A stretch of 37,167 nucleotides of DNA from Draconibacterium orientale (GTDB lineage Bacteria > Bacteroidota > Bacteroidia > Bacteroidales > JAADGE01): contig DYSM01000001.1 in assembly GCA_020718265.1 (NCBI GenBank), positions 1-37,167 of the forward strand. The letters run 5' to 3'. Position numbers and translations under genes: made by a program. Shown piece after piece: positions 31,356 to 37,167 of this stretch (within the stretch, counting starts at the first letter, position 1; each line of letters starts with the position of its first letter). Under the pieces are notes generated by a model, which made no database searches, was not told where the DNA came from, and was given only the letters and a program-made list of their open reading frames with translations.

Positions 31356-32390
31356 ATGGCAGACATAATCACCGTAAACGGCTTATCTGAGGAAGCCAAA
31401 AAGTATCAAACCCAACTCAGAATGTTGCCTTACTACATCTTAGGTGAAGAACTTGCTAAACAAGGGATCTCTCTGATGCAAGTGCGCGGCATTGATGTAA
31501 TGATTCAGGCGCAACGTCGCGGCGACATGCTGCGCCCGTATGTTGCAGGTTTTATCGACCAAAATGATGATGCAATGCGTTTTCGTGAGGTAACTCTCGA
31601 AACGAAAACTGCATACATTTCTATGCAAGACAACATCACGAACTATGTTACGAAAAAGATGTTGAACCAACCGCAAGGCGGAACAGGTATTAACCAAACG
31701 AAAAAACATCCGTTCGAGGATCTCATAACTGCGAATGTTGTGAAAACCGCATCGGAAGATGCGTTGGACGCATTGTTCACGGGTGTGTATAATACAGGCG
31801 CTGTAACGCCGAGTGCGCAAGACTGCTTCGACGGTTTTGAAACAAAAATTGCTGACATGGTAACTGCCGGAGATATTTCCGCAGGAAACAAGAACCTCGT
31901 AACCACAGGTGCGATTGTTGCGCCGGTGGACGAAACGGACTTCACTGCGATTGAGCAAGTTGTAGCTTTCATCCGAAGCGCAAGCAAATTGTTGCGCCGC
32001 TCAGGTATGCTTTCATTGCCGCTTGGTATCTATCAGTTCATGATGGATGCGCTCGAAAACAAATACTCGGCTCGCGCTTGGGATTTGAACGGCGTTGAAA
32101 ATTACATCAACCAAAAATCCGCATCGAATATTCGTTTGGTTACGTCTAACCACATGGGCATAGGCGACCGATTGATTCTGACCACACCCGGCAACTTGCA
32201 TTTCGGTATGGACACCATGAGCGATCTTGACTTCGTTCAAGTGCGTAACGTTAAAACTGACCCAAACACCGTTCAATTCTGGTTACAAGCCGGATTCGGA
32301 ACGCGAATATTCTCAATTCATCCGAAGGAATTCCAAGTGAACGACGGTTCATTAACTGCAGTCGCACTTTCCGGAGATTATACCGTGTAG
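31356..32390 (+). CDS. putative major capsid protein
   Basis: 344 aa, directly after the protease/scaffold gene and followed by a strong hairpin terminator. The size and position are typical. No database confirmation is possible here. Confidence 0.65.
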   Translation: MADIITVNGLSEEAKKYQTQLRMLPYYILGEELAKQGISLMQVRGIDVMIQAQRRGDMLRPYVAGFIDQNDDAMRFREVTLETKTAYISMQDNITNYVTKKMLNQPQGGTGINQTKKHPFEDLITANVVKTASEDALDALFTGVYNTGAVTPSAQDCFDGFETKIADMVTAGDISAGNKNLVTTGAIVAPVDETDFTAIEQVVAFIRSASKLLRRSGMLSLPLGIYQFMMDALENKYSARAWDLNGVENYINQKSASNIRLVTSNHMGIGDRLILTTPGNLHFGMDTMSDLDFVQVRNVKTDPNTVQFWLQAGFGTRIFSIHPKEFQVNDGSLTAVALSGDYTV

Positions 32391-32393
32391 CAT

Positions 32394-32421
32394 AGGCGAG
32401 CCGAAAGGCTCTCCTTTTTTC
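32394..32421 (+). terminator. rho-independent terminator after the capsid gene
   Basis: aggcgagcc - gaaa - ggctctcct stem with a GNRA loop and one mismatch, followed by T6. Confidence 0.75.
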
Positions 32422-32443
32422 CTAATTTCATAATTATTTACAC

Positions 32444-33388
32444 ATGAAAAAATTATCAGAATTCCACAGAAATATCTTAGCCATTGCCATGATTCTTATG
32501 CTTTTATGTTTGGCTGTCATCGACACAATGTTTAATACGTCGATATTTTCTGTATCAATGTATACCGTGACACTCGTGCCTTTGGTATCGCTCGCGAAAA
32601 CTCCAGCTTGTAACATGGCAGGGGTTGCAACCATTGTGTATGTTATTCCGTTGGATGACATTGCTGCATTTCCAAGTATAGGCGCACTTGTTACCCCTGC
32701 CGACCTTGTGAAATATGTCGGCGATTTCTCGCTGAATGCGAATAAGTATTGGTACACGCTGTATAGCACGAAGGAAATGGGCGAACTCATTGCCGAAACC
32801 GACGGACCTACTGACGGAAAATTTTTTAGAGGCACTGTTACTGCTTTCCACCCGCGCACATCGGAAGATGCGGTAGGACTTGCAACGACCTTGAAAGATA
32901 GAGACGTAGTCGTTATCGTGAAAGAAGTTAGCTCAGGAAAATTAAGAGTTATCGGAACTTCCGATATACCTGCAACTGTTTCGCCGAGCGAAAACTCAGG
33001 AAAAGCGTATTCGGATGAAAAAGGTATTACCTTCACGTTTGAAGCTGCTTCCTGCAAAGCTCCAATGTTCTATTACGGTTCTGTTGTAACTGAAAATGAA
33101 GTTGTATATGCGCCTGTTCGTTTGGCTGTTGATGCTACGACCTTAGATTATAGTCTTGGTTCACGCGTTGTAGTCGGAGCAAACACTGCAAGCAAGATAT
33201 TAGCTTCTGTTACGAACATGTCAGAAGGCGATGTTCTGCGAATTGAATTTGATGCACTTTCGGCTGAATCGTTGGCATTCTCCGGAGCATTCGGTGCAAC
33301 TGCTACAATCGACGCGGCTGGCGAATGGTTCGAGATAACCAAATTCGATACTACTACCTACATCATCACCGGAGGAGATTTTGCGTAG
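32444..33388 (+). CDS. abundant virion protein candidate (major tail or decoration protein)
   Basis: 314-aa ORF bracketed by two strong terminators, an arrangement typical of highly expressed structural genes. The first 57 aa are hydrophobic and odd, and ATG 32615 (MAGVATIVYVIPLDD...) is an alternative start. The function is inferred from context only. Confidence 0.45.
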   Translation: MKKLSEFHRNILAIAMILMLLCLAVIDTMFNTSIFSVSMYTVTLVPLVSLAKTPACNMAGVATIVYVIPLDDIAAFPSIGALVTPADLVKYVGDFSLNANKYWYTLYSTKEMGELIAETDGPTDGKFFRGTVTAFHPRTSEDAVGLATTLKDRDVVVIVKEVSSGKLRVIGTSDIPATVSPSENSGKAYSDEKGITFTFEAASCKAPMFYYGSVVTENEVVYAPVRLAVDATTLDYSLGSRVVVGANTASKILASVTNMSEGDVLRIEFDALSAESLAFSGAFGATATIDAAGEWFEITKFDTTTYIITGGDFA

Positions 33389-33404
33389 TTGAATTTTTTA
33401 TATC

Positions 33405-33433
33405 AGGAGGGACTTCGGTCTCTCCTATTTTTC
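33405..33433 (+). terminator. rho-independent terminator with a UUCG tetraloop
   Basis: aggagggac - ttcg - gtctctcct (one G-U pair) followed by atttttct. Confidence 0.7.
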
Positions 33434-33455
33434 TAACGTTCTAATTCATAACACA

Positions 33456-33770
33456 ATGGCACAAAAACCGAAATATAAACAGTTGTTAGATACCTTCGAG
33501 AATGAAGGCAAATCGCATCCGAGTTACGATAAGAAACTCAAATTCTACAAGAATGCCGGCGTAGCTGACCGCACAGAAGAAGGAATGCACTATCGTATGC
33601 TTGTCAATGACATAGCCTATGTTGAACGCACATCTAAAAAAAAATCTTCCGAAAAGCCGAAAGCCATGTTGAACTTGAAAGCAGAGAAATCAGCTCAGAA
33701 AGTACAAGAGTTTCCGACACCGGAAACGGAAATATCGGAATCGGAAAGCGAGAAAGAAATCGTCTCCTAA
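33456..33770 (+). CDS. hypothetical protein, zero-frame product of a candidate frameshift gene
   Basis: 104-aa ATG ORF. It contains an A9 run (33636-33644) read as KKK in the zero frame. Confidence 0.55.
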   Translation: MAQKPKYKQLLDTFENEGKSHPSYDKKLKFYKNAGVADRTEEGMHYRMLVNDIAYVERTSKKKSSEKPKAMLNLKAEKSAQKVQEFPTPETEISESESEKEIVS

Positions 33771-34009
33771 GTTCTGAGTGGTCGAATCTGACATACAAGG
33801 AAAAACAAACATTTCTGAACAACGAAAGCCTTTTTCTCGTTGGGAAGAAGGCTTTTCTTGATAATACAAAACTGTATCGGGAGTTGAAAGCGTATCACGC
33901 GAAATTGAAACTCATAGCCGACGGCACTGAAAAACAGCAACTTGCAACACTTATAGTTGAAACAAACGAAACCATTCAATCAAATTGGAAATTAATTGAC
34001 ACACAATAA
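33638..34009 (+). CDS. -1 frame extension without a start codon (candidate trans-frame C-terminus reached by slippage at A9)
   Basis: I translated this frame codon by codon. It is open for 124 codons from the TAA at 33635-33637 to the TAA at 34007-34009. It has no ATG or GTG, and its first TTG is at 33884. The distal part (SEWSNLTYKEKQTFLNNESLFLVGKKAFLDNTKLYRELKAYHAKLKLIADGTEKQQLATLIVETNETIQSNWKLIDTQ) looks protein-like. Confidence 0.45.
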   Translation, partial: KKIFRKAESHVELESREISSESTRVSDTGNGNIGIGKRERNRLLSSEWSNLTYKEKQTFLNNESLFLVGKKAFLDNTKLYRELKAYHAKLKLIADGTEKQQLATLIVETNETIQSNWKLIDTQ

Positions 34010-34096
34010 TATATGGCAGTCTCATTCACAAAAATCAGCAACGGTAACGTTATTGCAAATATAGTGCCTTGAATTCTTATCCGCACATACCACAGA

Positions 34097-34576
34097 ATGA
34101 CAAAACATGAGTTACTGACAGACGTTATCGGCGATATTTCACAATCGCCGAAAGTCTTTTTCACGGAAGGCAGATGGAGCTCATACCATCTGCTCTCCTA
34201 TTTGCTGTCGAAAACAGGAGAAGCGGATGTTTACATTTCAACATTTTCATACTCTGAGGAGTTCATTCGCACTGTAATGAAGTTGAAATCAGAAGGCTTA
34301 ATTCGATTGTCATTTCTGTATGCAAATGTTGCTGTTAAGCGGTATAAGTCTGATATTAACAGATTTGTAACGAATGTTTTCTATGGTGTATTTGTCGGTA
34401 ACTTTCACGAAAAAATGTTCTATATTAAGTCAAAAACTCACAGAATTGGTGTAATTCAGACGGCAAATGCAACTCCGAATCCTGCTTATGAGTCAGGTAT
34501 TATTTTTTTCGGTGATGATGCCGATTGTATAATGAATCAATTCACCTCGTTAGATTTGAATTCTAAGATGATATGA
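34097..34576 (+). CDS. PLD-like (single HKD-type motif) protein, putative nuclease
   Basis: 159 aa. 'FHEKMFYIKSKTHRIGVIQTANATPNPAYESGIIF' resembles the HxK(x)4D(x)6G(S/T)xN ... N.E pattern of Nuc-type phospholipase D nucleases. The D position is K here and the spacing is slightly longer. The size matches single-domain Nuc. Confidence 0.4.
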   Translation: MTKHELLTDVIGDISQSPKVFFTEGRWSSYHLLSYLLSKTGEADVYISTFSYSEEFIRTVMKLKSEGLIRLSFLYANVAVKRYKSDINRFVTNVFYGVFVGNFHEKMFYIKSKTHRIGVIQTANATPNPAYESGIIFFGDDADCIMNQFTSLDLNSKMI

Positions 34577-34830
34577 TTGAAGAAATTAAGAAATATGCAG
34601 GTTTATTTTTCAAGCCGCGCGAAATTGCATATCTGATTGATGTAGATGTAGATAACTTCATTGATAAGATTAACGATGACAGCACCGACGAACATCGCGC
34701 CTACTTTATTGGTATATTATCCGCAGAAGTGAAATTACGAACTGAATTAGTGGAAATGGCTGAATCCGGAAGCCCAAAAGCTCAGGAAGAATTAGCTCGA
34801 ATTATTGTAAAAACAAAGGCGAACTTATGA
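34573..34830 (+). CDS. small hypothetical protein, possibly an HTH/packaging accessory
   Basis: 85 aa with ATGA overlaps at both ends. It lies upstream of the terminase genes. 'PREIAYLIDVDVDNF' is HTH-like. Confidence 0.4.
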   Translation: MIEEIKKYAGLFFKPREIAYLIDVDVDNFIDKINDDSTDEHRAYFIGILSAEVKLRTELVEMAESGSPKAQEELARIIVKTKANL

Positions 34831-35402
34831 AAATAGATCAAGTCATAGCCAAAATTCTTGATTCTTACAAGGATGAATCTGTTGTGCTCAACACGGCTGA
34901 AACTGAATATCGGAAGCGCATTGAGTTTATTATGGAAGAGAAATTGAAAAACATTGCTCTTTCAGATTTTGATCTTTATAAGCGTCTGAAAAAAAACGGT
35001 TTTCGAGGCGGATTCCCGGAGGCAGTACGCTACATTTCTGTTGCCGAACGGATTATTGCATTCGAAAAAGATCCAAACGGAGATCCGCATAGGACGTGGG
35101 ACAGATATTTCATTTCTGAAGTTACGAAAATGGCTATTGCAAAAGCAATTGTGAACGGAAATGAGTATAACATGGCGTATGCAGTTAACATCTACGGTAA
35201 GCATAAGCTTACCGACAAAGAAGACACTGTTCGGTTGCCTTACGACCAGATTATTCCTTTTATGCCTGAAATTACTTCGGATGTCAGCGTATTGGGAATT
35301 GAACCTATAAAGAACTTAGAAGCTCGGAAAGCTGAGCTTATGAAAAAATACGGAATTATTCAAGATGCTGAAATATTGAAACATGGACGCACCGAAGTGT
35401 AA
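34827..35402 (+). CDS. putative terminase small subunit (by position)
   Basis: 191-aa ORF immediately upstream of, and overlapping, terL. No diagnostic motif was recognised. Confidence 0.35.
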   Translation: MKIDQVIAKILDSYKDESVVLNTAETEYRKRIEFIMEEKLKNIALSDFDLYKRLKKNGFRGGFPEAVRYISVAERIIAFEKDPNGDPHRTWDRYFISEVTKMAIAKAIVNGNEYNMAYAVNIYGKHKLTDKEDTVRLPYDQIIPFMPEITSDVSVLGIEPIKNLEARKAELMKKYGIIQDAEILKHGRTEV

Positions 35403-37029
35403 GAAGTTCTATATGAACAAGGCGCAACGGTATGTGCATACTATTGCAGCTCGAAATAATTATATCATTGCCTCTCGGCGGTTCGGAAAGTCCGAAGGCA
35501 TTATCATGCCGCGATTATTACAGAATGTGCAGTCCATGCCGCGCTCATCGGGCGGGCTTATCGGCTCAACCTATAAGCAAGTTCTCACGCGAACTTTGCC
35601 CGCTACACTATTTGCATTGGAACGCCTTGGCTATCGCGAAGGGATTCATTATTTTGTAGGGCGAAAAGCCCCTAAGACATCCGGATTTGCCGATCCTTTT
35701 ATAATGCCGCGTTCTTGGGATTATTTCATTCATTGGTATAATGGTTCGGTTAATCCGATTATCTCTCAAGATATTCCGTATTCGTCCAACTCTCTGACAA
35801 TGGATTACTTAATCGGAGACGAGGCGAAAACACTGAACCGCGATAAGCTAATCAATGAAACACTTCCTGCTGTTTCCGGCTTGCCGCAATTCAAGAATAA
35901 TCCTTGGCATACAGGCGTGATGTTCGTTACAGACATGCCCACGAACAAACGCGGATTATGGATATTGAAGGAAGAGCAGAACATGGACAAAGAACTGCTG
36001 ACTGTGTTAGTAGGCATGATGCACAAGTATTTCCGCATGAAACTCGCAAATACAGGTTATGATACCAAGCCTATATTAGCATTGCGAAATCAGATAGACT
36101 TATTCCGAAAAGAACTTACATTGTATCAAGTATTTAATATCCTTGACAACCTTGAAATTGTCGGCGAGCGTTATGTTGCCGACATGCACCGAAATTTAAC
36201 CCCGTTCGTGTTCAGAACAGGGCTATTATCACAGCAAATCAAAACCACAGAAGGCGCATTTTACGGCGCGTTGGATGAAAAAAAACATTACTATGATGCT
36301 GTGAATATTTCAAAACTGAACAAATTCCGCTCGGATTACGGCGATATTGATTGGAAAGTTGCTACAAATCATTCATTCTCATGCGAAGATGATACCGACA
36401 TCAATCACAGCTTACCGTTAGTCATTGCTTCTGATACCAATATCAATATCAACTGGTTAGTTGTTGGACAAGCGGACTACCAAGAGAATAGGCTTAACAC
36501 ATTGAAATCATTCTTTGTCAAGTCTCCTGCGATGTTGCCGGAAGTCGTTAAGAAATTCACTGAATATTATTCGAGCCTCCCAAATAAGTCAGTCATATTC
36601 TATTATGACCACACATTCTTACAAGGTCGCTCAGGTAATTCAACAGAGACATTCTACCAAACTATATCGAACGAGCTTACAAAAGTCGGATGGATTGTAA
36701 CAGAACAATACATTGGTCAAGCCCCGAAGCACGATGATAAGCACAAGGACATTGATGATGCTCTCAAGGGCAGACGCGGATTGTTACCTATGTTTAATCA
36801 TTCTAACAATGAAGACTTGCTTACGGGCATGGAGAACACAGGGACACGCATATCGCCAAACGGTTGGGGCAAAGACAAATCAGGAGAGAAGACAGAAGAT
36901 TCTTCTGAAGATCCAGTTGAACATCGCACCGACGGCGGCGATGCTTGGGATACTTTGTTCATTGGTTGTAACAATTTCAGAGTGTCGTCGGTACATTCGC
37001 ATTTGTCGTTAAGCAATATGTTTCAATAA
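35383..37029 (+). CDS. terL: terminase large subunit
   Basis: Walker A 'ASRRFGKSEG', Walker B 'DYLIGDEAK', and a C-terminal nuclease-sized domain. 548 aa. ATG 35413 (MNKAQRYV...) is an alternative start that avoids the overlap. Confidence 0.88.
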   Translation: MDAPKCKKFYMNKAQRYVHTIAARNNYIIASRRFGKSEGIIMPRLLQNVQSMPRSSGGLIGSTYKQVLTRTLPATLFALERLGYREGIHYFVGRKAPKTSGFADPFIMPRSWDYFIHWYNGSVNPIISQDIPYSSNSLTMDYLIGDEAKTLNRDKLINETLPAVSGLPQFKNNPWHTGVMFVTDMPTNKRGLWILKEEQNMDKELLTVLVGMMHKYFRMKLANTGYDTKPILALRNQIDLFRKELTLYQVFNILDNLEIVGERYVADMHRNLTPFVFRTGLLSQQIKTTEGAFYGALDEKKHYYDAVNISKLNKFRSDYGDIDWKVATNHSFSCEDDTDINHSLPLVIASDTNININWLVVGQADYQENRLNTLKSFFVKSPAMLPEVVKKFTEYYSSLPNKSVIFYYDHTFLQGRSGNSTETFYQTISNELTKVGWIVTEQYIGQAPKHDDKHKDIDDALKGRRGLLPMFNHSNNEDLLTGMENTGTRISPNGWGKDKSGEKTEDSSEDPVEHRTDGGDAWDTLFIGCNNFRVSSVHSHLSLSNMFQ

Positions 37030-37050
37030 GATACTTTGGGCGAATACCGT
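36996..37050 (+). repeat. copy 1 of an exact 55-bp direct repeat (spans the terL stop)
   Basis: ttcgcatttgtcgttaagcaatatgtttcaataagatactttgggcgaataccgt is identical to 37113-37167. Confidence 0.95.
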
Positions 37051-37112
37051 GCTATCCGCTATATCTTTTTTCGCATACTCAAAAAGGATAACGCTACTAT
37101 CACTATCGCAAT

Positions 37113-37167
37113 TTCGCATTTGTCGTTAAGCAATATGTTTCAATAAGATACTTTGGGCGAATACCGT
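37113..37167 (+). repeat. copy 2 of the exact 55-bp direct repeat, ending exactly at the window end
   Basis: The sequence is identical to 36996-37050. The period is 117 bp (39 codons). Confidence 0.95.

Noticed and set aside
32434-33057. 207-aa minus-strand ORF opposite 32444..33388
   Set aside because: It is antisense to a gene bracketed by + strand terminators. It has no promoter-like sequence on the minus strand and would be the only reverse gene in the structural block.
32411-33433. CTCCTTTTTT (32411) and CTCCTATTTTT (33422) as extra copies of the GTCCTTTTT late-promoter box
   Set aside because: Both are the descending arm plus T-tract of clear hairpin terminators. Neither is followed by a TAnnTTTG-like box at the 26-27-nt offset seen in the five accepted copies.
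1-37167. Direct terminal repeat or simple circular overlap between the window start and end, and tRNA genes
   Set aside because: The first ~60 nt are not repeated at the end. The only terminal repeat is internal to the last 172 nt. Scanning by eye for T-arm-like GTTCGAATC/GGTTCRA motifs with matching acceptor stems found no tRNA candidate. A tRNAscan-type search would be needed to be sure.

Overview
The window looks like an essentially complete ~37 kb tailed dsDNA phage genome. It appears siphovirus-like: there is a 1335-aa tape measure and no recognisable sheath. Almost every gene is on the + strand.

Modules in order:
- 131-1333: accessory pair that includes a 34-unit pentapeptide-repeat protein.
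- 1642-5811: portal and head/connector genes.
- 6442-8118: small membrane/unknown genes.
- 8115-9576: lysis cassette with an Amidase_2 endolysin.
- 10821-20555: tape measure, tail, and beta-helix fibre/spike genes.
- 20552-21271, minus strand: a decayed lysogeny module, made of an integrase C-terminal stub and an XRE repressor with an in-frame stop.
- 21386-27821: early/replication module. It holds an HTH+DnaA_C-like protein, a 1245-aa DnaG-primase/P-loop helicase fusion, a gutted C5-cytosine methyltransferase, a DUF5131 (Gp37/Gp68) protein and a DUF3310 protein.
- 27922-28494: an AT-rich single-gene cassette bracketed by inverted repeats.
- 28551-29064: a ~0.5 kb ORF-free repeat field.
- 29065-37029: S49 protease/scaffold, major capsid, a candidate -1 frameshift gene at an A9 run, a PLD-like protein and the terminase.

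Host inference is Bacteroidota. Gene starts lack Shine-Dalgarno motifs and TAnnTTTG-type -7 boxes recur upstream of genes.

Most interesting observations:
- the pentapeptide-repeat (DNA-mimic-type) protein;
- the A9 slippery site that opens a start-less 124-codon -1 frame;
- the methyltransferase deletion scar next to a CxxxCxxC DUF5131 protein;
- the IR-flanked moron;
- a frame-independent ATCGGAAA repeat cluster inside a CDS;
- a conserved bipartite late-promoter motif;
- an exact 55-bp repeat at the contig end.

All functional calls come from motif recognition by eye. No database search was run.
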